64,000 nt of DNA from an uncultured Actinomycetes bacterium (GCA_963821925.1 CAWGFO010000001.1:521763-585762); one strand, 5' to 3'. Shown: positions 53,532 to 63,296, counted from the first letter of the stretch. The notes: generated by a model not told the origin, from the letters alone. Translations and numbers: made by a program.

Positions 53532-54137
53532 ATGGGCGCGAGTCAGCTGATCCCCACCGTCGTCGAGCCGAGCGAACGTGGCGAGCGGGCGTTCGACATC
53601 TACTCCCGGCTGCTCCGCGACCGCGTGGTGTTCCTCGGGGGCGAGATGGACGACGTCCTCGCGAACCTCGTCGTCGCGCAACTGTTGTTCCTCGAGGCGG
53701 AGGAGCCCGAGAAGGATGTCTCGCTCTACGTGAACTCGCCGGGGGGCGACATGACGGCGCTCTTCGCGATCTACGACGCGATGAGCGCGATCCGGTGCGA
53801 CGTCGCGACCTGGTGCATCGGCCAGGCCGCCAGCGCGGCCGCCGTGATCCTGGCCTCTGGCGCGCCGGGGAAGCGCCACGTGCTGCCGAACGCGCGCGTC
53901 CTGCTCCATCAACCGCACGGCGGGCTCCAGGGCCAGTCCGAGGACATCAGGATCCACGCGGTCGAGATCGGGCGCCAACGACGCCAGATGGAGGAGATCC
54001 TCGCGCGCCACACCGGCCAGACGGTCGACCGGATCCACGAGGACCTCGATCGGGACTTCATCCTGGGACCGGAGGAGGCGCTCGCCTACGGGGTGGTGGA
54101 CGCGATCGGCGCGCCACGGTCGGTTCCGCCGGGTTGA
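53532..54137 (+). CDS. clpP: ATP-dependent Clp protease proteolytic subunit (orphan paralog)
   Basis: [21 protein letters not shown], catalytic Ser QAASAAA, His LLHQP, Asp DRDF; AGGAGG RBS. Confidence 0.95.
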   Translation: MGASQLIPTVVEPSERGERAFDIYSRLLRDRVVFLGGEMDDVLANLVVAQLLFLEAEEPEKDVSLYVNSPGGDMTALFAIYDAMSAIRCDVATWCIGQAASAAAVILASGAPGKRHVLPNARVLLHQPHGGLQGQSEDIRIHAVEIGRQRRQMEEILARHTGQTVDRIHEDLDRDFILGPEEALAYGVVDAIGAPRSVPPG

Positions 54138-54147
54138 CGGGACGCCG

Positions 54148-54624
54148 TCACGTCGAGCCCGGATCGGGTACGTCATCGGGCTCGTCCCCCAGGAGGAACC
54201 GCGGGCCGTCGCCGAGGGCGGCCGCCGCGTCGCCGGGGTTGTAGAGGCGGCACCGGCTCAGCGAGAGGCAGCCGCACCCGATGCAGCTCGTCAGGTCGTC
54301 GCGGGTGCGCTCGAGGGCGGCGATCTGCTCGTCGATCCGCGCGCGCCAGGTGCCGCTGATCCGCGACCATTCGCGGACGGTGGGAGCGCGGTCGGCGGGC
54401 AGCATCGAGAGGGCATCGGCGATCTCCTCGAGCGAGAGTCCGACCCGCTGCGCCACCCGGATGAAGGCGATCCGGCGGAGGACATGCCGGCGGAACATCC
54501 GCCGCCCGCCGGCCGAGCGCTCCGCGGAGATCAGTCCCTCGGACTCGTAGAAGCGGAGCGCGGAGGCCGCGACGCCGCTGCGCGTGGCGACGTCCCCGAT
54601 CGGCAGCAGATCGTTCCGATCCAT
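54148..54624 (-). CDS. soxR: Redox-sensitive transcriptional activator SoxR
   Basis: LPIGDVATRSGVAASALRFYE, RRIAFIRVAQ, CIGCGCLSL-x2-C-x-LYNP [2Fe-2S] motif. Confidence 0.95.
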   Translation of the reverse strand: MDRNDLLPIGDVATRSGVAASALRFYESEGLISAERSAGGRRMFRRHVLRRIAFIRVAQRVGLSLEEIADALSMLPADRAPTVREWSRISGTWRARIDEQIAALERTRDDLTSCIGCGCLSLSRCRLYNPGDAAAALGDGPRFLLGDEPDDVPDPGST

Positions 54625-54637
54625 GTGGTCACGATAC

Positions 54638-54668
54638 TTGACTTCAAGTGAACTTGAGGTTGTAACGT
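54638..54668 (+). promoter_or_regulatory. SoxR-type promoter: -35, SoxR box, -10 with a 19-bp spacer
   Basis: TTGACT (54638-54643), CTTCAAGTGAACTTGAGG (compare the CCTCAAGTTAACTTGAGG soxbox), TAACGT (54663-54668). Confidence 0.85.
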
Positions 54669-54676
54669 CCCCCGCC

Positions 54677-55366
54677 ATGGACGTTGACCTGTCACCGCTG
54701 ACCCACGTGCGCGAGCTGATGGTGCGCGCGACCGGAGACGAGAAGCACGAGGAGAGCAGCACCTCGACGCTCGACGCGCTGTGGGTCCTGTACGACCGGA
54801 TCCTGCGGGTCGACCCGGCGGACCCGACCGCCGAGGACCGCGACCGCTTCATCCTCAGCAAGGGCCACGGGCCGATGGCCTTCTACGCGATGCTCGCGGC
54901 GAAGGGCTTCTTCCCGGAGGCGTGGCTCGACGGGTTCATGGCGTGGGGCGGACGACTGGGCTCCCATCCCGACCGCCTGCTCGTCCCGGGCGTCGAGGCG
55001 TCGACGGGGTCGCTCGGCCACGGGCTTCCGATCGCGGTGGGCGTCGCACAGGCGTTGCGCGCCAAGCATCTCGACGACCCGCGGGTCGTGGTGCTCACGG
55101 GCGACGCCGAGCTGAACGAGGGCTCGAACTGGGAGGCGATCATGCTGGCGCCTCACCTCGGGCTCGGGAACCTGACGCTGCTCGCGATCGACAACCACAG
55201 CTCGACGATCCCGATGGCGCCGTGGGACGCGAGGCTCGGGGCCTTCGGTTGGCGTGTCGAGGTGGTGGACGGCCACGACCACGTGGCGCTCGAGGCCGCG
55301 CTCTCGATCCGCGACGATCGCGTCCCGACCGCGGTCGTCGCGGACATCCCGGAGGGGGAGTGGTGA
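54677..55366 (+). CDS. Transketolase-like N-terminal (TPP-binding) subunit
   Basis: RDRFILSKGH, LGSHP, STGSLGHGL, GDAELNEGSNWEA...IDN. Confidence 0.9.
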   Translation: MDVDLSPLTHVRELMVRATGDEKHEESSTSTLDALWVLYDRILRVDPADPTAEDRDRFILSKGHGPMAFYAMLAAKGFFPEAWLDGFMAWGGRLGSHPDRLLVPGVEASTGSLGHGLPIAVGVAQALRAKHLDDPRVVVLTGDAELNEGSNWEAIMLAPHLGLGNLTLLAIDNHSSTIPMAPWDARLGAFGWRVEVVDGHDHVALEAALSIRDDRVPTAVVADIPEGEW

Positions 55367-56274
55367 CCGAGATGCGGCCGCAGCTCGCGGCCACGCTGAG
55401 CGAGCTCTTCGAACGCGACGATCGGCTCGCGATCGTCCTCGCGGAGATCAGCACCGATCTCTTCCGCGGTCCCCGCCGGCTCGATCCTGCGCGCGCGGTG
55501 AACGTGGGGATCATGGAGGCAACCATGGTGGGGGTCGCCGCCGGATTCGCGATGGAGGGGTTCCATCCGGTCGCGCACACGATCGGTCCCTTCATGGCCG
55601 AGCGTCCGCTCGAGCAGCTGAAGCTCGACTTCGGCTATCAGGGGCTCGAAGGCACGTTCGTGAGCGTGGGCGGCTCGTACGACTACGGCGCGGAGGGCGG
55701 CACGCACCACGCGCCCGGCGACGTCGGGGTGATGGCGACGATCCCGGGTATGGAGATCCTGGCCCCGGGAACGGCCGCCGAGGCCGATCGACTCGTGCGC
55801 GCGATCTACGCGAACGGGCGCTCGTCCTACCTGCGCGCGAGCACCGCGCAGAACGAGGTCTCGTTCGAGGTCGACCCGGGGCGGCTCGAGGTCGTCCGCC
55901 AGGCCACCCAGGAAGACGCGCCGGTCGTCGTCGCCTTCGGTCCGATGCTCTCCCGGACCCTCCAGGCGGCCGAGGGCCTCGACGTGACCGTCGCGTACGC
56001 CACGAGTGTCGTGCCGTTCGACGCGCCGGGGCTCGCCGCGATCGCCGGTGACCACCCGCACCTGATCGCGGTCGAGCCCTGGTACGAGGGCACGGTGACC
56101 GGCACGCTCGCGGCCGCCGTTGCCCACGTGCCGAGCCGGATCGACGCGATCGGTGTCCCGCGCCGGTTCCTGCGCGACTACGGCACGGCGGCCGAGCACG
56201 ACCGCGACCTCGGACTCGACGCCGACGGCATCGGTGGTCGACTGCGCTCGATCCTCGCCGGCCGCGCCGCCTGA
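55363..56274 (+). CDS. Transketolase-like C-terminal (pyrimidine-binding) subunit
   Basis: NVGIME, EQLKLD, GGTHH, PG-x2-ILAP, YLR, IGVP; GTGA overlap. Confidence 0.9.
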   Translation: MTEMRPQLAATLSELFERDDRLAIVLAEISTDLFRGPRRLDPARAVNVGIMEATMVGVAAGFAMEGFHPVAHTIGPFMAERPLEQLKLDFGYQGLEGTFVSVGGSYDYGAEGGTHHAPGDVGVMATIPGMEILAPGTAAEADRLVRAIYANGRSSYLRASTAQNEVSFEVDPGRLEVVRQATQEDAPVVVAFGPMLSRTLQAAEGLDVTVAYATSVVPFDAPGLAAIAGDHPHLIAVEPWYEGTVTGTLAAAVAHVPSRIDAIGVPRRFLRDYGTAAEHDRDLGLDADGIGGRLRSILAGRAA

Positions 56275-56276
56275 TC

Positions 56277-56834
56277 TCAGCCGGGCGAGCCGAACGCCCG
56301 GAAGGGCTCGGGCTCGTAGGTGTCGAGGAACGCCACCCACTCGGGCAGCGCGTCCCGCACGGCCTCGTCGTCCTTCACGAGCCACGACAGGTGGCGGAAG
56401 GCGTGCTCGATCACCTGGTCGACGCCGATCTCGGGGGGAGGACCCATCGCGTCGCCGCGCGCGAGATCGGCTCGCCGCACCGGCTCGTCGGCGAGGTGCT
56501 CGTTCAGGTGGTCGGGCACCGAGACGGCCACGACGTAGGTGAGGACGACGCGCGCGTCCTCGTACCGCCACGAGGTGGAATGCACCAACAGCGGCTGGAG
56601 CCCGTAGCGCGTCGCGGCCGCCGAGACGATCTCGCCGGGCTGGCGGTCGGGGCGCCATCCGATCCGGAGCGTCTCGGCATGGATCGGCCGGAGGTGGTGT
56701 GCGCCGTCGCTCCTCAGGGAGACGAACAGCGCCTCGATCGTCTGCGCGACGAGCTCGCGCGACCAGCCCACCTTCGTGAGCGCCGGCACCCACTCGATCA
56801 CCGGCGGACGATCCGCGTCGGAGCCGGGCGCCAC
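56277..56834 (-). CDS. Conserved-looking hypothetical protein (HSTSWR motif)
   Basis: 185 aa, high-GC3 codons, last gene of the cyclase-STAND operon. Confidence 0.65.
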   Translation of the reverse strand: MAPGSDADRPPVIEWVPALTKVGWSRELVAQTIEALFVSLRSDGAHHLRPIHAETLRIGWRPDRQPGEIVSAAATRYGLQPLLVHSTSWRYEDARVVLTYVVAVSVPDHLNEHLADEPVRRADLARGDAMGPPPEIGVDQVIEHAFRHLSWLVKDDEAVRDALPEWVAFLDTYEPEPFRAFGSPG

Positions 56835-56838
56835 GCCG

Positions 56839-56994
56839 TCAGTCCTCGCCGAGCGGCTCCGCCAACGCGAGGATCGTCTCGCGCGACGACATCTGACCGT
56901 GGTCTGCGAGCCCGTGGGCCTGGATCTGCTCGACGACCTCGTCCTCGTCGCCCCGGGCCTGGAACCCGCAGAAGCAGGTGACTTCCAGCAGCAT
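56839..56994 (-). CDS. Small DUF1059-like metal-binding protein
   Basis: GGAGGG RBS; MLLEVTCFCGF..GDEDEVV..QAH...DHG (C-x-C, H-x4-H). Confidence 0.7.
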   Translation of the reverse strand: MLLEVTCFCGFQARGDEDEVVEQIQAHGLADHGQMSSRETILALAEPLGED

Positions 56995-57069
56995 CGATGT
57001 TCCCTCCACGAACGGTCGGCGCGACGGTACCACCGACGTCACGAGGCTTCCTTCGGCGGCGGTCGGTGC

Positions 57070-57804
57070 TCAGGTGGCCGCGTGGCGGGCGAGCACCTCG
57101 TCGACGTCGGCGCCGGGCTCCACGTCCTCGATCCGCCAGCGGAGCCAGGGCCGCGCCTGGTCGGCCCAGACCGCGTCGATCGAGCTGAACCAGGACATCG
57201 ATCCGAACGTCCGCCAGGGACCGAGGTCGGCGCGCCACGGGATCGGCCGCTCGCCGCCGTTCCGGTACCGCGGTGCCTCGAGGCGCCACGGCATGCCGGT
57301 CTCGGGATCGAGCCGCCAGGTGATGGGCGTCCCGTCCTCGGGCACGGTCAAACGCAGGGTGAGCTCGTCGACCTGCTCGAGTTCCACGCCCGGGAGGAGC
57401 CACGACAGGGGGAGCATCCCGGCCTCGAGCCACCGGAACGCGTTGGCCGACCGGTCGGCCCGTGGCGACGAGGGCTGACGCCGGCCACCGACCCACGACA
57501 CCGCCCGGCCGTCGATGAACGAGTCCTTCCCTCCGAACACGGTCCGACCCGCGACCGTCATGTCGAACTCGGCGGCGAAGCCTCGGCCGATCCGGTGGTA
57601 CGTCGCCGCCCGGAGCGGGAGCCACGGGCCGCGGCCGATCCGCATCCGCGCGGGCCCGCGCATCGAGAACGTCTCCACCCGCGGGATCGTCGGCCCGAAC
57701 AGGGCGTGACCGAACCGGACGAAACCGGGCGGCACGGTGTCGGGCAGCTCGATCGGGTCACCGGGCTCGGCGTGGGCGGTGACGTGGGCGACGTCGCTGG
57801 TCAT
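57070..57804 (-). CDS. Hypothetical protein, DUF6544-like
   Basis: G-x-MRIG-x-G-x-WLP-x-RA, D-x-F-x-DG, N-x-FRWLE, P-x2-LLPGV-x-LE, PW; GGAGG RBS. Family assigned from memory only. Confidence 0.55.
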   Translation of the reverse strand: MTSDVAHVTAHAEPGDPIELPDTVPPGFVRFGHALFGPTIPRVETFSMRGPARMRIGRGPWLPLRAATYHRIGRGFAAEFDMTVAGRTVFGGKDSFIDGRAVSWVGGRRQPSSPRADRSANAFRWLEAGMLPLSWLLPGVELEQVDELTLRLTVPEDGTPITWRLDPETGMPWRLEAPRYRNGGERPIPWRADLGPWRTFGSMSWFSSIDAVWADQARPWLRWRIEDVEPGADVDEVLARHAAT

Positions 57805-57827
57805 CGTTTGATCGCCTCCTCCACCGG

Positions 57828-60666
57828 CTATCGCAGCCGCTCGGCCTCGGCCTGCGCCGCCCGCCGGAAGCGCTCGTCGGCGGCGGCGCGGTCGCCCCGC
57901 TTCTCGGCCACGCGCGCGAGCGCGCGCCAGGTCCAGCTCGCGAGCTGACGTTCGCCGAGCTCCTCGGAGATCCGGATCGCCTGGCGCAGGTCGTCCTCGG
58001 CCTCGTCGAGCCGGCCGAGTTCACGGAGGACGATGCCGCGTTCGGCCAGCGCGTCGCCGAGCTCCCACCGCGCCCCCAGGTCCGAGAAGACGACGATCGC
58101 GTGCTCGAAGTCGGGGAGGGCGTCCTCGTACTCCTCCTCGTCCTCGTGCAACCGCGCGTGCTGGACGCGCGCGACGGCCACGCTGAACAGGTCGTCCATC
58201 TCCTCGGCGAGCCGGCCCGCCTCGTCGATCAATGCCTTCGCTTCGTCGTAGGCGTCCATGTTCTCGGCGTTGATCGACAGCGCCGTGAGCGCCCGCACCT
58301 CGGCCCACCGGTCGCCGTGCTCGCGAGCGATCTCGAGCGCACGGCGCCAGATCGGATCGGCCTCCTCGTAGCGGCGCCGCGTCCATGGGATCCACCCGGT
58401 GAACAGGAGCGTCCGCACGATCGCCCACGGGTCCTCGAGCGCCTCCGCGGCCGCCAGCGACCGCGCGAGCAGCGTCTCTGCCCGCTCGAGGTCACCGTCG
58501 ACGTTGTTCGCGATGTCCCCCAGGAACCGCAATGCGTGCGTCAGGGTCCAGTGATCGTGCAGCGTCGTCCCGAGGTCGACGGCCCGGTCGAGCACCTCGA
58601 CCGCGCCCGGGTACTCCCCCAGCCAGTAGCGGGCCTCGCCCAGGCCCGCCAGGACGCGCGCCTCGCGGACGCCGTAGCGCTCGTCGTCGCCGGCGAGCGA
58701 GAGCGCCCGCGCGTAGTAGTCGACGGCGCCCCGGTTCTCCATGCGACGTCGCTGCCGGTCGCCGGCTTCGGCCAGCGCGGCCACGGCGCGATCGGGGACC
58801 GTCCGGTCGGCCGGATCGAGGTCGATCGAGGCGAACGCGGCGCGTTCGAGGTGCGCGGCCGCGTAGGTCGGCTCCAGATCCTGGAGCGTGTCGGCGATCG
58901 TCAGATGCAGCTGGAGTCGGAGCCGCTTCGGCAGGCTCGCGTACGCGACGTCGCGGAGGGTCTCGTGACGGAACCGCCATCGGGGCGAGCCTCCGCCGAG
59001 GTCCGGGACGACGAGTTCGGCGTCGACCAGCTGATCCATCGCGTCGGCGCTGCAGTCGGCGACGAGCGCCGCCTCCTCCGCGTCGAATGAGTACAGGTAG
59101 ACGGAGAGCCGCCGCGCCAGCTCGCGCTGATCGCTCGGCAGGCTGTCGAGGCGCGCCGCGATCACGGCCTGCACGGTCGGCGGCAGTGTTCCCTCCGACC
59201 CGGCGCTGGTCGCCTCGCCGCGCCCGAGCAGCATCCCGGTGGTCTCGACGATGAAGAAGGGGTTCCCACCGGCGCGCGCCGCGATCGTTCGAGCTTCCGC
59301 TTCGAGGATCCGCGGGCCACCGGCCTGTCGCGCGAGCGCGACGGCGTCGTCGTCGCCGAGGGGCTCGAGGTGCAGCAGGACGTGGTTGGCGGCGCGCGAG
59401 CCCCACCCCGGGCGGGCGTCGAGCAGCTCGGGACGCGCCGCGGCGAGGACGGTGGCCCGTCCGGGGCTCTGGCTCGCTCGGCCCGCGAGCCGCTCGACCA
59501 GGTCCATCATCGGCGCGCGCATCGCGTGCACGTCCTCGAACAGGAGCGTGACCGGGGCCTCGGTCGCGAGCGCCGCCACCATCGACAGGACGCCCGACTG
59601 GACCTCCTGGATGAATGCGGACTCCTCGCGGCGCTCCGCCGCCAGCCCGAGCGCGAGCGCCAGGCGCTCGGCCGTACGGTCGGCCTCGTCGCCGTCGCTC
59701 CATCGCTCGACGAGCTCACGGAGCCGGCGGAGCGACGTCTCGCCCGGCTCCCCGTGCTCGATGCCCGCCGCCTCCCGCACGATCGTGGCGGCCGGAGCGA
59801 ACGTCGCGCTGCCCGAGGCGAGCTGACCCCGCCCGACCAGGACGTTCCCGGGGTGCTCGATCCCGGCAAGGAACTCGTCGGCGAGCCGCGACTTCCCGAT
59901 CCCCGGTTCGCCGATCAGCGTGACGAGCAGCGGCCGCGACGTCGCCTCGACCCGCGCATGGGCGTCCCGCAGGAGCGTGAGCTCGTTCGCCCGCCCCACG
60001 AAGGGGATCGTGCGCCGCGCCGTTCGCGGCGTGAGCCCGTCGACGGGATAGGCGACGAGCGGCTCCGCGAACCCCTTGGCCAGAACGTCGCGCCGGTCGC
60101 CGAACGAGACGGCGTGCTCGGTGAGCGCGAACGTCGTCGCGCCGGCGAGGACCTCGCCGGGCTGCGCGGCGGTCTGCAGCCGGGCGGCCGCGTTCACGAC
60201 CGGCCCGGTCACGAGGAGCTGCCCGGACGGACCGACGCCCGTGGCGGCCTCGCCGGTCTCGACACCGACCCGGACGTCGAGGGGCTGATCGAGCCCGAGC
60301 TCCGCGGCGAGTCGACGGGTGTGACCCCGGATCGCGAGTCCCGCCCGTACCGCCCGCGCGGCGTCGTCCTCGTGGACGTGCGGCAGCCCGAACACCGCCA
60401 TCACGGCGTCGCCGATGAATTTCTCGGGCTGGCCGCGGAGCGCACGCAGCTCCTCGGTCACGGCGTCGTAGAAGCGGCCGAGCACCTCCCGTGCGCGCTC
60501 GGGGTCGAGGCGCTGCGCGAGCGCGGTCGACTCCGACCAGGTCGGCGAAGAGCACCGTCACGAGCTTGCGTTCCTCGGTGCCGAGCGACGAGCCCACGAC
60601 GGTGCCGCAGTTCGGGCAGAAGCGCGCGTCGTCGGGGAGCGGCTCGCCACAGACGGTGCAGGTCAT
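57828..60666 (-). CDS. Double zinc ribbon + class III cyclase + AAA (STAND) + TPR protein, frameshifted at about 60533
   Basis: CTVC..CPNC; ERKLVTVLFADLVG, then (one extra base) STALAQRLDPE..EKFIGDAVMAVFG..VNAAARLQ; FVGR, GEPGIGKSRL, FEDVH; helical repeats. Confidence 0.88.
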
Positions 60667-60767
60667 CGCTCCAGCATATGGCTGGGTACCGACGCGGCCC
60701 ACCCGTACACGGACGCCGGGCCGCACCGGGACTCAGGTCCGTCCCGTGACGCGTCGATGACCCTTCG

Positions 60768-62816
60768 ATGCAGGAAGAGATCAGGATCGAGGCCACCATC
60801 GATCCCGCGCGGCTGTTCGCCGCGGGCCCCGAGGCGATGCTCGTGCTGCGCGCGGGCCGCGTGGCGTGCGCGAACGAGCGCGCCGACGAGCTGGCCGGGC
60901 GCGATCTCTCGGAGCTCGACGTGCGGGAGGTGTTCCCTGACTGGCCCGAGGAGCCCGATGACGCCGTGCCGTTCGAAACCACGCTCGTCAGGCCCGACGG
61001 CGCCGAGCTCCCCGTCGAGATCCGGATGCGACGGCTCGCCGCCGATCTCGTGGTCGCGTCGATCCGGGACGCGCGCCATCTGATCGCCGGTCGCGAGGCG
61101 CAGGAGGCGCTGGCGGAGGCGGAGGCCCGCTACCGGAGCCTCGTGGAGCAGATCCCCGCGGTGGTCTACGCGGACACCGGGGACGAGACGATCTACGTGA
61201 GCCCGCAGATCGAGCAGATCCTGGGGGTGACGCCCGAGGCCTATCGCACCCAACCCGAGCTGTGGCTGAACATGGTGCATCCCGACGACCGCTCGACGGT
61301 CGAGGCCGAGAGCGAGGCCTTCATCGCGGGGGTCGGAGGCGATCTCGCGGACTACCGCATGGTCCGACCCGACGGCCGCGTGGTGTGGGTCCGCGACCGC
61401 GCGTACGCCGAACGCGACCAGTCCGGCCGCGTCGTCTTCGAGCACGGGATCCTCTTCGATGTCACCGAGCTGAAGGAGGCCGAGGCCCGTGTGGCGCACA
61501 TGGCCTTCCACGACGCGCTGACCGGGCTCGCGAATCGGCAGCTGTTCGAGGAGGCCCTCACGCTCGCGGTCGAACGCGCGAAGCGCGACCAGACCGTGGT
61601 CGCGGTGCTCTTCCTCGACCTCGACAACTTCAAGCTCGTGAACGACTCGCTCGGCCACCACGCGGGCGACCGGATGTTGATCGAGCTCGCCGACCGACTC
61701 CGCGCGTGCACGCGCGAGACCGACCTCGTGGCACGGCAGGGCGGGGACGAGTTCCTGCTGCTCCTGGCCGATCTCCATGGCGACGACGTACACGACGCGG
61801 TGCAGGCGGTGGTCGAGCGCGTGTACGAGGCGCTTGACGACCCGTTCGAACTGCAGGGGAGCGAATTCCACGCGCGCGGATCGATGGGGATCAGCCTGTA
61901 CCCGCAGGACGCGGTCGACGCCGAGGAGCTCCTGAAGACCGCCGACATCGCGATGTACCGGGCCAAGCGGCTCGAGCCGGGAGGCCACGTGTTCTTCGCG
62001 GCCGATCCCGAGGACGCGCTCGACCGGCTGTCGTTCGCGACGCGCCTGCGGCAGGCGGTGCAGGACGAGAACTGGCTGCTCCACTATCAGCCGGTGGTGG
62101 ACCTGTCCGACCGACGGGTGGTCGGCGCCGAGGCGCTGATCCGCTGGAACGACGTCCACGGCGGCATCGTTCCGCCCGGTGAGTTCATCCCGGTGGCCGA
62201 GGAGCTCGGCCTGATCGAGGCGATCGGCGACTGGGTCGTCGACGAGGTCGCCCAGCAGCAACGCGCGTGGCGCGACGCGGGCCTCGATCTGGAGGTCTCA
62301 TTCAACCTCTCGCCGCGCCAGCTGTGGACCCCGAGACTGGCCGAGCGCTTGATCGCGAAGTTCGGCGACGCGGGGCTCGATCCGTCGACCCTGCAGGCCG
62401 AGATCACGGAGTCCACCGTGATGGCCGACCCCGACCGGACGCAGCGGATCCTGCGCGACCTGCATGCATGGGGCCTCCGGCTCGCGATCGACGACTTCGG
62501 CACCGGCTACTCGTCGCTCGCCCGCCTCAAGCACATGCCCGTCGACGTGTTGAAGATCGACCAGGAGTTCATCCGCAACGTCGATCGGGACGTGCGTCTG
62601 GCCGGGATGGTGCGGGCGATGATCCAGGTGGCGCAGTCGCTCGACATGGTCCCGCTCGCCGAGGGGGTCGAGACCGAGGGCGAGTACGTGTTCCTCAGGT
62701 CGAACGGCTGCCGCCTCGCGCAGGGCTTCTGGTTCGCGTACCCGGTGCCGGCCGAAGAGATCGCCGACCTCGCCTCGCGTCCGGAAGGTCTCGGCTCGCC
62801 GACCGTCCACCACTGA
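60768..62816 (+). CDS. PAS-PAS-GGDEF-EAL diguanylate cyclase/phosphodiesterase
   Basis: PAS/PAC motifs (HPDDR, RMVRPDG..W-x-RD); HDALTGLANR, LDLDNFK-x-VND-x2-GH, RETD I-site and GGDEF; EAL, DDFGTGYSS, KID, EGVE. Confidence 0.95.
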   Translation: MQEEIRIEATIDPARLFAAGPEAMLVLRAGRVACANERADELAGRDLSELDVREVFPDWPEEPDDAVPFETTLVRPDGAELPVEIRMRRLAADLVVASIRDARHLIAGREAQEALAEAEARYRSLVEQIPAVVYADTGDETIYVSPQIEQILGVTPEAYRTQPELWLNMVHPDDRSTVEAESEAFIAGVGGDLADYRMVRPDGRVVWVRDRAYAERDQSGRVVFEHGILFDVTELKEAEARVAHMAFHDALTGLANRQLFEEALTLAVERAKRDQTVVAVLFLDLDNFKLVNDSLGHHAGDRMLIELADRLRACTRETDLVARQGGDEFLLLLADLHGDDVHDAVQAVVERVYEALDDPFELQGSEFHARGSMGISLYPQDAVDAEELLKTADIAMYRAKRLEPGGHVFFAADPEDALDRLSFATRLRQAVQDENWLLHYQPVVDLSDRRVVGAEALIRWNDVHGGIVPPGEFIPVAEELGLIEAIGDWVVDEVAQQQRAWRDAGLDLEVSFNLSPRQLWTPRLAERLIAKFGDAGLDPSTLQAEITESTVMADPDRTQRILRDLHAWGLRLAIDDFGTGYSSLARLKHMPVDVLKIDQEFIRNVDRDVRLAGMVRAMIQVAQSLDMVPLAEGVETEGEYVFLRSNGCRLAQGFWFAYPVPAEEIADLASRPEGLGSPTVHH

Positions 62817-62888
62817 GCCTCGCGGGGCTGTCGCTCCGACGATGATCCGTGGCAGGCTCGACCTTTCCGGTTCGGGAGGGAGGACGCG

Positions 62889-63296
62889 ATGGCCAGCGGC
62901 TCCGGCACGAAGGACGATCCCTGGGTGCTGATGACACCTCCGGGGACCTCCGAGTACACGATGTACCGCGACGAGGAGGCGGATCCGCCGACGCTCGTCT
63001 GCCAGGTGGGATCGACGAAGCTCGGCTACCGGCTCCGGTGCATCGAGGACCTGCACGCGATGCTGCAGGAGCACGGCGACTGGATGCCGCTCGGCAGCGC
63101 CGACGAGCAGAAGCCCGCCAAGGAAGGCACGGTCGAGGCCTGGGGTCGGTCGCCCGACAACCCGGTCGGCGGCTGGTACGGCACGAAGAAGGGCTTGCGG
63201 GGCCGCTTCGGCATGTACGTGCCGCCACTCTTGGAGGCGCTCGGGCTCGCCGAGCTCGAGCACGAGCCGCGCAACAACCGGATGCGCGCGCGCTAG
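62889..63296 (+). CDS. Conserved hypothetical protein (DUF6855-like)
   Basis: GGAGGAGG RBS; GT-x-DDPW-x-L-x-TPPG, LG-x-ADEQKPA, VEAWGRS, PVGGWYG, GRFGMY, NNRMRA. Family name from memory. Confidence 0.7.
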   Translation: MASGSGTKDDPWVLMTPPGTSEYTMYRDEEADPPTLVCQVGSTKLGYRLRCIEDLHAMLQEHGDWMPLGSADEQKPAKEGTVEAWGRSPDNPVGGWYGTKKGLRGRFGMYVPPLLEALGLAELEHEPRNNRMRAR

